The notes beneath the pieces were generated by a model. The model was given only the letters and a program-made list of their open reading frames with translations. It was not told where the DNA came from and searched no databases. Positions 47,937-61,149 of a DNA stretch of 64,000 nucleotides are shown piece after piece; positions within the stretch are counted from its first letter, which is position 1; each line of letters starts with the position of its first letter. The DNA comes from Raja brachyura (lineage: Eukaryota), in NCBI GenBank assembly GCA_963514005.1, contig OY740810.1:22320001-22384000 (forward strand), in the 5' to 3' direction. Made by a program: the position numbers and the translations under genes.

Positions 47937-49391
47937 AAGTCTTTGTTCATACTTTTTTCCATGTGTGGGATCCACACATTGTCTTGTAGACAACACACAC
48001 GTACTATGCCCACCCCAGCTGATTCACAAGCTGCAGTGTCAGCAGCAAAGCTGCTCCACTCCTGATGCTTGGCACACAAGGTAATAAGTGCCAGTAACAT
48101 GGCCACTGCACTTTCAGAACTAACAGTACATTGCACTTCACAAAAGCTGATGAGCTTCTCTTTTTCTTCCCCATGTGAAAGCCCCCTCAGGAAACCTTGT
48201 TAGCTGCAGGGTTAAAGCCATATCAATTTCTCTCTGCTGTATGATGAGATGATGCGTTGTGATCCTGAGGTGTCCGTTGGAGGTTTGAGTGAAGCACTTT
48301 TGTTCGTAATATTTATAGCTTTGGCAGCATTGTGGTTTGTGTCTCTAATCATCTGGATTCACCGCAAGACTCCTGATACCCGATGCCTTTTTTCACATAG
48401 ACTGCAGGGTTACTCTTGGCTTTGTGTACTCAACTGCAGCAGCAACAATGGACGTCAGTCACACTGCGAAAAACTCTTAAAATCAGGCACGTCCTGTCAG
48501 ACACCACCATAGTTGCAGCCGCAAAAAAACAAAATGTAACCAACCCTTGATATATTTCACAGAGAGGTTTGGATGCCCAAGTTTTGTTATACAGTCATAA
48601 CTCATTGAGGTGGGCCAGACCCTTCGGCCCATCCAATCTGTGCTAGCTATCATGTGTCCTTTAATGTTTAAGAAATATTTAAGAATCATTTAGACAGGTT
48701 TAGAGGGATATGGGCCAAATTCGGCCAAACATAGATAGATTGTGGTGTCAGAGGTTTTGGGGAGAAGGCAGGAGAATGGGGTTAGGAGGGAGAGACAGAT
48801 CAGCCACGATTGAATGGCGGAGTAGACTTGATGGGCCGAATAGACTAATTCTATTATCACATGATCTTATGAAACACAGGCAGGTGCGACTAGTGTAGAT
48901 GTTGGTGTGGGCAAGTCGGGCCAAAGGACTTGTTTTCACACTGTATAACTCTATGACTCTATATGATCCTATTTAATTTCATTTCTCTGTGTCACATTGG
49001 GGAGTACTCTCACGTGCATCCATTCCTATTTCAAGACCAGGTGAATGTTAAAGCCTCACAGCATAGCAAGGTGTGATTTTCCTTGTTAAGAACGCCAGCC
49101 CTTTTGACTGTGCATCCAGATGCTCAAATCCTTTATACACAGCATCTGTGCATGATTTTTCTGAACATAGAACAACCTAGCATAGGAATCCACTCAAATG
49201 CCCTCAATATCTATGCCGAACATAATGCGAATTAAACTAATCAAATCTGCCTGCAATTAATCCATATCCCACCATTTCATGCATATCCATATTGAAAACC
49301 TCTCAAATCCACTATTGTATCTGCCTCCACCACCATCGCTGACTGCAGATTCCAGGCACCCACTACTCTGTGCCCCTCTGCTCTATCACAT

Positions 49392-49715
49392 TGGGCAGCA
49401 CGGTAGCACAGAGGTAGAGGCTCTGCCTTACAGTACCAGAGACCGATGTTTGATCCTGACCATGGGTGCTTTCTGTATGGAATCTGTACGTTCTCCCCGT
49501 GACCTGCGTGGATTTTCTCCGGGTGCTCCGGTTTCTTCCCACATTCCAAAGACATACACATTTGTAGGCTTTTAATTGGCTTGGTATTATTGTGAATTGT
49601 CCAGAGTGTGTGTGGGCTAGTGTTAGAGTGTGGGGGTCACTGGTCGGTGCTGACTCGATGGGTTGAAGGGCCTGTTTCCGCGCTGCATCTCTAAAATAAA
49701 ATAAACTAAACAAAA
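49392..49715 (+). mobile_element. HE1-type SINE
   Basis: Full-length match to the other copies. Confidence 0.85.
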
Positions 49716-50039
49716 CATTTCCACCCTGGAAAATTGAGTACAGAATGGGCCAAAGAGCTGGAGAAAAAAAGGAGGTCAGGTTATTAAAACAGTGGCTCCA
49801 TGTTAAAAAATGCTGTAAAGATCATAGAGGTGCAGAAATGTTATGAAAGGTGAACAAAGAAAGTATAAAGATTCTTAGGTTAACCTGCCCTCTCCCACTG
49901 TGTCTGACTTATTTTAAAATGTTAACAAATATAAAGAATAACGTTGCATGGAACAAGTTAGGTATTGTCTAGAAGGATAACATTGTATAAAAGTTGTATA
50001 AAATTGTACAAAACAGGGATGTACAAATTATCCACTGCA

Positions 50040-51632
50040 CTTCCAAGGGCGACCATGCCTGGACCTGATGGTATACTGGTCGCATTCTCCAAATCCGCAC
50101 AGACTTTTTGTGGACAACTTTAAGCTGGAGTTTTTGCGGACATCTTCAACCTCTCATTACTGAGGTCTGAGGTTCTCACCTGCTGTAAAAAGGGAATTAA
50201 AAATGCCAGTGTCCAAGCAAAGTAAGTTGACATGCCTCAATAACTGCTGACTGGTGGCACTAATGTTTGTGGTGTTGAAGTGCTTTGAGATGTTTGTTAT
50301 GGCCAATATCAACTCCTACCCCAGCATGAACTTGGGCCCACTACAATTTGCCTACTGCCATAATAGATCAACGGAGGATGCAATCTCCCTGGCTCTTAAC
50401 TTTGCATTAGACCACTTGGACAATAAACATCAGGCTATTGTCCATAATAGACCACAGGTCAGCATTCATCACTATAATCCCCTCCAATCATGTTATTCCT
50501 ATTCTCCAGAGATGCTGCCTGACCCGCTGAGTCACTCCAGCATTTTGTGTCTATCTTCAGGAAACCATCCCTTTGCAATTGAATCCTTGACTTCCCCATC
50601 AATAGAACATGATTGGTATGGATTAACACCAACATTTCCTCCTCAGTAACCATCAGCACAGGGCTGCCTCAAGAGTATGTGCTCAGCCCCCTGCTCTAAT
50701 CACTTTATGCATATAACGGTATATATAACCAGACACAGTTCCAATTCCATCTTTAAATTCGCTAATGACACCACCATTGTTGGACGAATTACGGATTATG
50801 ATAAGTCAAAGTATAAGGGCAGATGAATCGTCTGACTGAATGGTGCCAGTACAACAACCTTGCTCCAAATCACAGTAAAAGCAAGAAACTAATTGTTGAC
50901 TTTCGAAGAGGAATGGTGAGGATCGACAAACCTACCTACATTGATGGATTAGTGGTGGAGAGAGTCAACATCAAAGTTTATAGGTGTGCATATCTCAAAA
51001 AATCTGTCCTGGACCCAGCACATTGATGCAATCATAAAGAAATTCCATCAATGCCACTAATTCCTTAGAAGATTGAGGAGATTTGGTAAATATTCTCTTG
51101 AATGTCTACATTAATACGGTAGAAAGCATACTGCCAGGTTGCATCAAGGCATGACTTGGCAACCTGAATGCCCACGAACGAAGGAGATTACAAAAAGTGA
51201 TCAACACTGCCAGTCCATCACAGATATTGACGTCCCCAAGGCACTGCCTTCAAATGACAGCCAGCACATCATCAAGGACCCTAACCACCCTTTCATTTCA
51301 CACCTGCCATTGGGAAGAGGGTACAGAGAAAACTGTAACATCCAGGTTCAGGAAGAGCCTCTCCCCAACAAACATTAGGCTATTAAACGCTATGAACTCC
51401 AACCAAACTCCAAACTATGGACCATCTTGAATGCACTAAGGACTCAAGCTTTGTTTTGTTTTGTGCACAAATTGTTTTTTTTTAATTATTTATTGAACTT
51501 TTTTTTGTTAATGCTTGTTTATTATATTATCTATTGAGTACTGTGTTTACAAACCTGTTGTGCTACTATATGTAAGAATTCCATTGTTCCATTTCAGTAC
51601 ATATGACAACAAAATACTCCCGATTCTTGACT
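50040..51632 (+). mobile_element. Degenerate Rex1/Babar-type LINE RT fragment
   Basis: GPDG, LQFAYCHNRSTEDAI, PQ(E)..LSPLL, FANDTT (degenerate FADDTT), WCQYNNL..N.SK.K.LIVDFR; tail ATGACAACAAAA. Confidence 0.85.
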
Positions 51633-54600
51633 TAAGTTTGGTACATTTGAAGCCAACATTTATACAGTTTTGGGATTAGAAACTGAGGTGGTTGGGAGAG
51701 TGGGCACAAAAATGGTGTTTAATAAGATTTTATAAATTTCTATCTTGAATTGACTTTAACAGTTTAAAAATGAAATTCCTGAATGCATTTCATACTGCAA
51801 TACGTGTTCATTTGGAATTTAGCAATGCCAGTCAATTCCCAACATGTGGCTTGATTGCTTCTGTTGATTTGCAGTGTAATAGTCAACCCAATCTTGTCTT
51901 TTTTTTAAATACAGGCCTTGAACCTTTTAAAAATCAAAAGTGCTTTGTAATGCCGACTGACCCGGGGAAATAGTGCGTGGAAATAGTGGAGCCAAAGAGG
52001 GACCTTGAATTAATCTGCACCATTTTCTCAACTTTAAGATATTGAAGGTTGTTGAAGCATTTTCCCCTCAACATTTTGTTCCAAAATGCTCTATCAAAAT
52101 TGCAAGATTCAGCAGGATACCTCATAAACGCACCTTGACATTAGATACCTTGACATAACACCATGCTGTTCTATAATAAAGGGATTTTACTGAAAAGGCC
52201 TATTAAACTTTCACAGCTGCTAACACATATATCAGCTGAGAGATTATCAGATTTAAAGGCACAAGGCACACAGATTCACCAACATTTTTTTTGTTGAGAT
52301 ATTAGAGAATGCCCATTGCATGTAAATAGTTGTAGAAGTGGATAGGACAGGTTTAGAGGGATATGGGCCATATGCAGGCAGGTGGGACTAGTGTAGCTGG
52401 GACATGTTGGTTGGTGTGGGTAAGTTGGGCCGAAGGGCCTGTTTCCATATAGTATGACTCTATAGGTTCTCCTTGGTCAGTGAAGATGCTTCCAAGAAGG
52501 GCCCTAGAGAGGCTAATAGGCAACACTATCCTTGCCTTTATTTCCTTTATTTCCTTTATTTAAGGAGGGACACAGCTAGCTGGTCCTGTTAGAAAATTAT
52601 CAAGGAGGACTCTGTAAGAACTTGAGACCAGTCTAAAAATGCCAGTACTTCGGGGAAGTCTGCATTGGCATCAAATGCCTTTGCTTGGTATGGTTATTCC
52701 TGTGAACTGCAAGAGAAGTGAACAAAGTCTCATATTGAGCAGTAGACTAAATTAATAATCTCCATAATGCAGTAATGAGCAGAAAGCTATCATATACACC
52801 TGCAGATGTGGGGAAGATGGAAGTTGAGGGTAAGGTTGATCTTGACCAGCTGTGTGGTACATGTGAGTTTGGACTTGAACATTGAAGGGGTGATAGATGA
52901 GGGTGAGGACTTGTGGAAGCAAAGGCTGTGTCAGCATTGTTATTCTGTGAGGGGAAGGGAAGAGTGGACTCTCTGGGTGGGTAAGGCGTTGGATGCACTG
53001 TCCTTGTATACCCACCTCTGCCAGTGTCTGTGCTGCCCCTGTCAATCATGAAGTGCCAGGTAAAGACAAATGCACATTGTTAACCAGCTTTGCTTGCACC
53101 ACAGAGTGTGAAGGACAGGCCAGTGTTGCTGCTTTACACCAAAGATAGACACAAAATGCTGGAGTGACTCAGCAGGCCAGGCAGCATCTCTGGAGAGTAG
53201 GAGAAGGTCGAGGCCCTTCTCCTTCCTCCTCTCTTTTCTCCTGAGATGCTGCCTGACCCGCTGAGTCACTGAAGCTTTTTTTTGTCCAGCCAGTACTGAG
53301 AGTGAGCAGTGTGCAGATTAAGCTGTGTGTCGTAGTGAGCAGCTGGCAGGTTGTGAATACAGGTTTAATGTTATCACCATTTTAAAATAATGTTCACAGA
53401 ATGTTCAGCATGATTACAAACTCTTCTGTGAGTGGAGAGCCACTTGCAGATCGGTGAGCTTGTAAATCGTGCTGATACAAAATCTGGGCAATGACCCTTG
53501 TTAGATATCAGTGAGGTGAATTTGGTCCCAGTGAAAATATGTGAGTGAATAATAAAATCTCTCTTTGAAATGAGGGTGTGATAGGATCAGTCTGAAGAAG
53601 GGTCTCAACCCAAAACGTCACATATTCCTTCGCTCCATAGATGCTGCCTCACCCACTGAGTTTCTCCAGCAATTTTGTTTATGTATGATAGGTGTGATCA
53701 GCGCTGGAAATGTGAGCAAAATTGGCTTACTCAATCTTTAAATGGATTATCAACTTTGCCATGCTGTTTCTTTTGGACTGGTGCTGGGAACAAATTCTAT
53801 GCTGAAAGATGTGAAATTCCCTGGGGTGCTTTGAAAGGGAACCTTATCATCAATATTTCTTCAGGGCCCTTGTAGAATGAATTATCTATCATTCCGTTCT
53901 TTTTATTTCCACCATCTATTTCCATTTATATTTATTGCCCCGACACAATCTATCTGTATGTATTATCTGTGATCAATTAGTTTATCTCTCTCAATGATTG
54001 ATTAGTTAACCTTGTAATAAAGTACAGGGACTTTCTGGGGTTTACTATTTCCCACAGTGCTCGTTTCTCATAGTATTAAATAATTTACAAAATACAAACC
54101 GTGGCTATTCACTAAGAGCCACTGAGTGTCGTGCTATCATCTTTGATTTGTTTTGTAACCGTGCAGTCTGGAGACGTATTCACAGCAATGTTGGATTTGG
54201 GAAGCCATCAAGTATTAATTCATAAGCAAGCCAAATTGTTTTACTTTGACATGGTTTATGACTTGAGGTGATGGTACAAATCTTCTAAAATTGGACTGGA
54301 GTAACTCAGCGGGTCGGACAACATCCCTTGAGAACTAGGATGGATGATGTTTTGAGTTGGATTGTAGAAGGGTCCGAACCTGAAATGTCACCTATCCGTT
54401 CTCCAGGGATTCTGCCTGACCCACCGAGTTATTCCAGCGTTTTGTGTATTTTCTTGGTAAACCAGCATCTGTAATTCCTTGTTTCTCCTTCACTATCACA
54501 CACCATCACTTCTCTAACCAGTTCCTTAAAGTCAGAGAGGTACAATAGACAAACAAACCCTTCTGCCCACCTAATCAAAGCCGATCAACAAACATTAATC

Positions 54601-55124
54601 TTTACAGAAGTCCCATTCTGGCCCATTCTATTCTCCCACAATCCCATTAACTCCTCCCTTAATTCTCAACCCTCAACTCATCCGCACACTCTGGGGCAAC
54701 TTACAGTGGCCAGTTAACTTGCCAACACGCATGCTGTTGGGATGTGAGATGAAACCACAGAGCACCTGGAGAAAAGCCACACCATCACACATGAAACATA
54801 CAAATACTGCACAGCATACAGTCAGAATTCAACCCTAGTCATTGGTACCGTGAAGCAGCAATTTACCCGATGTGCCATTGTGCCACCCAATTCTTTTCAT
54901 GGCAAAATGCACCTAAGGAATTGAGAATTGTCTATGCCACTTCAGATAGAGTAGATTGCATCCTCTTAACTACTTATTTGGTTTCAAAATTCCCTATTCA
55001 TCCTTCTACCTCTTAAATGATTAGGACACTTCATAATTAATATAATGCTCTATATTTTACTGGGACCTCTTTCAAAAATTCCACCCAAACAGAATCACTC
55101 CTCTCATTCAAGCTGGAAATAGTA

Positions 55125-55615
55125 CAGAGAATATTTATGAGGATGTTGCCAGGACTGGAGGGTCTGAGCTACAGGGTAAGGTTTAGGCTGGGATTCTATT
55201 CCTTGGAGCACAGGAGGATGATGGGTGATCTTATAGAAGTGTATAAAATCATGAGAGTAATAGATTGGGTTGATGCACGGAGTCTCTTGCCCAGAGTAGG
55301 TGCAATGAGGCCCAGAGAACATCCTGGTGGTTTAAGTTGAAGGGGAAATGATTTAATAGGAATCTGAGGGGTAACTTTTTCACACAAAGGGTGGTGGGTT
55401 ATGGAACAAGCTGCCAGATGAGGTAATTGAGACTGGGACTAAATCAACGTTTATGAAACAGTTAGACAAGTACATGGATAGGACAGGTTTGGAGGGCCAA
55501 ACACGGGCAGGTGGGACTGGACTGGTGTAGCTGGGACATGTTGGCCGGTGTGGGCAAGTTGGGCTGAAGGGCCTGATCCCCCGCTGTATCACTCTGTTAC
55601 TCTTTAACTATGACT
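55125..55615 (+). mobile_element. CR1/HER1 LINE 3' fragment
   Basis: MLPGLEGLSY...GDLIEVYKIM and the 3' tail. Confidence 0.85.
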
Positions 55616-56068
55616 ATTGTGTAAGTTTACATCAGTTCTTTTTATTTCTGTGCACTTCTCTTTTATTAGCAGCCAACCTCAATACTGTCTCTTTGAAGCA
55701 TTTGATATTGCCTATATTAATGTCATGTTCATCCTCGGGCTTTATACTTGTCTCTCTTAATCTGATTATATCTATTCTCTCCTTGTGCACATAACCTTGA
55801 GTCGCCAACAGATTGTTCCCCAGAGTCAACAGTTAACATTTTTTACTGTTCTATTGACACCTACTGTAAGCTCTTATTTCTCAGGATCTTGCATTGCTCC
55901 TGCTGTTTCTTATCTTCATTCCACAATTTTATTTCCTTTCCATTATTTTTTTTAATTCTGCTTTAAATGTTTCTTCCTCTGTAGTTACCATATTATATAC
56001 TCCATCTCTGTTAATAATTTCTGTTTTTTTCCTCAAAGTCTTTTTCATTTGTTATTATGGGAGAGTTA

Positions 56069-56360
56069 TGCCCCTGTCCCACTAAGGAAACCTGAACGGA
56101 AACCTCTGGAGACTTTGCGCCCCACCCAAGGTTTCCGTGCGGTTCCCGGAGGTTCCTGGAGGTTTTTGTCAGTCTCCCTAATGGTCGAAAGTAGTTTCCG
56201 CTTCTTCTATGTTCCGACGATTTTTTCAAAAAATTCAAAACCGACCGCGACTAAAAATAGGTTGCCGTTTTAAAAATCGGTAATTTTTTAGTTGAAGCCG
56301 GTTGCGATGCTAGTTGAAGGTGGTTGCCGGAGGTTGCAGGTAGTGGAAGGTAAGACCTTT
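56069..56360. mobile_element. Truncated Harbinger-like MITE (left end only)
   Basis: TTA followed by TGCCCCTGTCCCACT, the family TIR motif; repeated GGTT/AACC motifs; no right TIR seen. Confidence 0.55.
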
Positions 56361-56555
56361 TTCACCCAGTTTTATTCCACCAGGGAGGTCTGCAATGCTG
56401 TGCAGTCCCAACAGTGGATCCTTAGTAATCTGTCTATTTTATCCTCTAATGAGTATTTGGACCACTCAATATACAAGGCAGCTGGAGCAGATAGGTTGCT
56501 GGGAAAGTTAATTTACTGCTTGAAGCCTGCCTGTCCTTGTACTAAATGACACTAA

Positions 56556-56801
56556 TGGGCCTCTCCCACTTGCCGATTTTTTTTGGCAACTGCCAGCAAC
56601 TGTCATAATCGTAGAAGGTCGCCGAAAAACTGGCGACAACCTGCATCATCCTGGTGACAACTTACGACAGCGCCGACCAGAAAGACGCTACGACTTTTTT
56701 GCGCGACTGAAGAGACTACTCCCGGCGACCACCGGCGAACATGTGGCGACAAACTAGTCACCTGTAGTTGCCTAAAAAATCACCTTAGTGGGACAGGACC
56801 A
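56556..56801. mobile_element. PIF/Harbinger-like MITE (246 bp)
   Basis: TGGGCCTCTCCCACT...AGTGGGACAGGACCA; flanked by TAA and TTA; internal GGCGAC repeats. Confidence 0.8.
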
Positions 56802-56852
56802 TTAGGCCTATCTTTTTACCAAAAATTCCTGTCAGTCCTGAAAACATAGAAG

Positions 56853-57034
56853 CAAGGGTAAACCATTCAGCCCCTCACACTATGCCATTGAATAAAATCA
56901 TGGTGGATGTTTTTTTTATCAGTGCAATGTTGCTAATCTAAACCAAGGGTAAACCATTCAGCCCCTCACACTATGCCATTGAATAAAATCATGGTAGATG
57001 TTTTTTTTATCAGTGCAATGTTGCTGATCTAAAC
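56853..57034. repeat. 91-bp tandem duplication
   Basis: Units start at 56853 and 56944; about 2 substitutions between them. Confidence 0.95.
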
Positions 57035-57051
57035 CCCATATCCCTTATTCA

Positions 57052-57206
57052 TTTGTGTAGGAAAGAACTGCTGATGCTGGTTTACACCGAATATAGACAC
57101 AAAATGCTGGAGTAACTCAGCGGGACCGGCAGCCTCCTTCTCTCATTCCTTCTCTCCAGAGATGCTGCCTGCCCCGCTGAGTTACTCCAGCATTTTGTAT
57201 CTATCT
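57052..57206. mobile_element. Palindromic Penelope-like short element
   Basis: 11-bp TSD TCCCTTATTCA (57041-57051 and 57207-57217). Confidence 0.65.
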
Positions 57207-58641
57207 TCCCTTATTCACTTAATACCTAAAAATCTATTGATCTTAAACGCACTCAGCAACTGAGCCTCCACAGCATGCTGTTTGAAGAAATGCCTTTTCA
57301 TCTCATCTTGAAGCTGATCATTTTACAATCACAAACTGGAGAACTCGATTCCAATGTTTCAAACTAATGAAAGGGCAATTAAGGAAGGCACCTTTGGTTA
57401 AAAGTGGTTATGTAAGGGCCTGCTCATCTTTAGTGAAATATAATCAACACTTGGAATAAATAAAAACCATGCAATCAATTAAAATGGAACAGATCAATTT
57501 ATTCTGCGTGGGGACTGGAGATTATTATAGATGAAAGAGTTTAAGAAATGGTGAAAGATCTTTGTCATGTGTATCATCTTAAGATCCTTTCTCTGGACCT
57601 GGAAAAGAGAATTCACTGAGTACAACACTCAGTGAATGTACTGTACATTCTATTCTACATCTTTGTGAACCTATGATTCAATTCACATCCAATAAAACAT
57701 TCATGGCTGCTCATCTGTGTGAATGCTAAGATGTAATGCGAAAATTAATTCGAAATCTGGCGAATTACATATTGAAATGGATGTACCTGAGTCGTATTCT
57801 TGCCTTTGATAAATCACACATTTATCAATACGTTGCAGCGATATCAACTACCCTTTCCACTTCTTTGTGAGTTTGCTGCTGTCCTGAAAGAGCTCTGCAC
57901 CATTATCCCCTCATCTGCATGTATGAGCCTAGGCAATGTGTGTTAACAGCGCCACAGTAGAGTCTGAATATGGTTCTGCACCTTCCAGCAGAAGATTCCC
58001 TTTGTCCTAGGTTAAAGGATTTATTGACAAAATCTTGTTTCACATTTGTACTTCTGCCATCAACTTGCCTTTGATTATTTCCACCGCTTCCCAATACTTG
58101 ACATAATGATTTCTCATTTGCAATATTCTGCATCCTTAACTATCTAGCTACATAATCTTCACCAGCCCTACATTCCAGACAATATCTTCTTTGAGAACAT
58201 TGATGTCACCTTTCATGGAAATGGGGAAAATTGGTTAAAAAGTGATAATATCCAGTTTTAGAGGGGACAGAGGTGCAAGAAAAATCCAAAGTAATCAGAT
58301 TGGAAAGTAGGAGTGCTTTAGTGAGTAAAGAAGCCCTACCAATTGCACAGAAGGAATCAAGTCAGTTTCCCTACAGGTTTCCGCTTGAAGTTTGCCTGAG
58401 GTAAGTAAATAGTTATCTTGAATGTTAGGATGGGTGCCAATGCCTTTCTGTTGATTGCAGATTCTGTGCTTTGTGATTTACTAGATTAATGAAAGGTGCT
58501 GTATAAATGGTCTGAACAAGGGTCTTGACTCGAAACGTCACCTATTCCTTCGCTCCATGAATGCTGCCTCACCCGTTGAGTTTCTTCAGCATTTTTGTCT
58601 ACAGTTGTAAAAGTGGTAGTCCTTCTTTTCATTATTAGAAT

Positions 58642-59958
58642 ACATGGCACGGCGGCATAGTGGTAGAGCTTTTCCTGGTGGGCTGCCAGTGACTAGTGGA
58701 GTTCCGCAAGGGTTGGTGCTGGGGCCGCTACTCTTCACATTGTATATTAATGATTTGGACCAGGGGATTGAAGGCTCTGGGGCATAGTTTGCGGATGACA
58801 TGAAAATAGGTGGTGGGGCAGGTAGTGTACAGAAAGCAAAGACTCAGCAAAAGGACTTGGACAGGTTGGGAGAGTGGGCAGAGAAGTGGCAAATGGAATA
58901 TAGTGTAAAAGTGTGGAGTCGTGCATTTTGGTAGTTGGAATAAAGGCCCAGACTATTTTCTAAATGGGAAGAGAATCCAGAAATCAGAGGTGCACAGGGA
59001 CTTGGGAGTGCTGGTGCAGGATTCCCAAAGGTTTATCCACAAGTCAAATCGGTAGTAAAGAAAGCAAACTCAATGCTAGCATTTACTTCAAGTGGGTTTG
59101 TATACAAAAACAGGATTGTCATGTTGAGGTTCTATAAGGCACTGGTAAGCCTGTATTTGGAATATTGTGAGCAATTTTGGGCACCATATCGGAAGAAGGA
59201 TGTGCTGGCTCTGGACAGGGTCCAGAGGAGGTTTTTTTGCAAGAATGATCCGAGGAATGAGTAGGTCAAATTATGATGAGCGTTTGTCGGCACTGGGCCT
59301 ATACTCGCTGGAGTTTAGGGGACCTAATTGAAACATACAGAATATTTAAAGGCTTGGATAGAGTGGATGTGGAGAGGACGTTTGCACTAGTGGGATAGTT
59401 TAGGACTAGAGGTTATAGCCTCAGAATTATAGGACATTCTTTTAGGAAGGAGAAGAGGATAAATTAATTTTGTCAGAGGGAGGTGAATATATGGAGGCCA
59501 CGTCAGTGGATATTTTTAAGGCAGAAATAGATAGATTCTTGATTAGTACAGTTGCCGGAAGTTATGGGGAGAAGACAGGAGAATTGGGTTAGGAGGGGGA
59601 GATAGATCACTCATGATTGAATGGTGGAGTAGGCTTGATGGGCTGAATGGCCTAATTCTACTATGCCTTACAACCTTACCGCCTTACAGCGGCAGAGACC
59701 CGGGTTCAATCATGACTATGGGTGTTTGTCTGTACGGAGTTTGCACGTTCTCCCCGTGACCTGTGTGGACTTTCTCCGAGATCTTCGGTTTCCTCCCGCA
59801 CTTCGAAGACATACAGGCTTGTAGGTTAATTGGCTTGATGTAAATTGTCCCTAGGGTGTGTAGGGTATTGTTAATGTGCGGGGATCGCTGGTCGGTGCGG
59901 ACTCGGTGGACCACAGGTCCTGTTTCCGCACTGCATCTCTAAACTAAACTAAACTAAA
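58642..59958 (+). mobile_element. HE1-type SINE split by a LINE insertion
   Basis: Head at 58642-58672; remainder at 59674-59958. Confidence 0.8.
58673..59665 (+). mobile_element. CR1/HER1 LINE RT fragment inserted into an HE1 SINE head
   Basis: [10 protein letters not shown] and FADD; SINE head 58642-58672 continues at 59674-59958. Confidence 0.85.
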
Positions 59959-61149
59959 AAATAGAAACAATCTTTAACTGATGTGGAGTAATTGGGGATA
60001 CTTTAAATGTGCTGTGATTTCTGCACATCATGTGCATTTGGCCGACATAGCAATACCATAATATTATCGCACTGCAACCTGACTATATCACTAACCTTGG
60101 AGCAATCTGTACTTCGGTTTTGAAATTAAGAATATTCATTGTTAATTTCCCACTGGGGCAATTCAGTCACTTAAAATTTTCACGCCCATTTACCACACAA
60201 CCGAAGCAAAAAATTAAATCTTAATGAAAATAAAATGCTGCAATTACTGAAGGTCTGGTGTAGGTTAAGTATGCACATGATCTCCTGCGGCCAGAGAATA
60301 AAGTAATAGCAGACGCAAGTCTAACTCTGGAAAACTATGTGTCTCTGTCGTGTTTTATACAGCATTGACTGGGAACAGATGGGCACTAATAAACTTATTG
60401 AAAGGGCATTGACAACTTCTTGGATCCCAGCAGATAACTATTCAGCAGCTGGAATGAGTCTTCAGGGAGACGGGGAGTGTTTGGGGTGATTGATGAAGAT
60501 TTATATTTCTAACTTCAGCGGCTCCAGCTTATCTACTCTCCTGTTTAATGTTATCTTTAAACATTTGGTAAAAAAACTGGCAGAGGACAGAGAACCATAA
60601 CTTCACAACTTCACTCCAAGCCTTTGGCAATTTGCGCATTCCTCCTCTGACCATATGGGTTTCTTCCGTGCTTTGGCTCTTCCCACACCCTAAACAGTTG
60701 CTGATGAGTCAATACGGCCATGTAAGTCACCCCTCGGTAGGCGTCAGGGCAATGGGCGGGGAGGAATTAATGTTCACAGGGAAATGGGAGTAATGGGAGT
60801 GATCTGTTGAGTGCCAGCATACACCTGGTGGGCTGAATTACCACCATTTGTATCGTATTAAGTAAGTATGCATTACATACCTGAGAGTGTTCAGGAAAAG
60901 TTACAGTGTTGGTAACTTTTGGTCAAAATATTACAACAAGACTTAGTCTAACTGTGCCTCTAAGTACCAAACGATCAGGGAAATTCTCCTGGCAATAATT
61001 TTACAAGTACTATTTCTGGGTGCCAAAACAATATTGGCATTTGAAATGAGAGGAACATGCATGTGTAATAACTATACGGTGACAACTACTTGAAGGATGG
61101 TGGAAACGTTGTCACACGGATAACTATTTAAGGGTTAATCATATGGAGT

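Noticed and set aside
60881-60990. Possible minus-strand exon bounded by CAG and GTATG
   Set aside because: In-frame stop in the most plausible phase; weak acceptor
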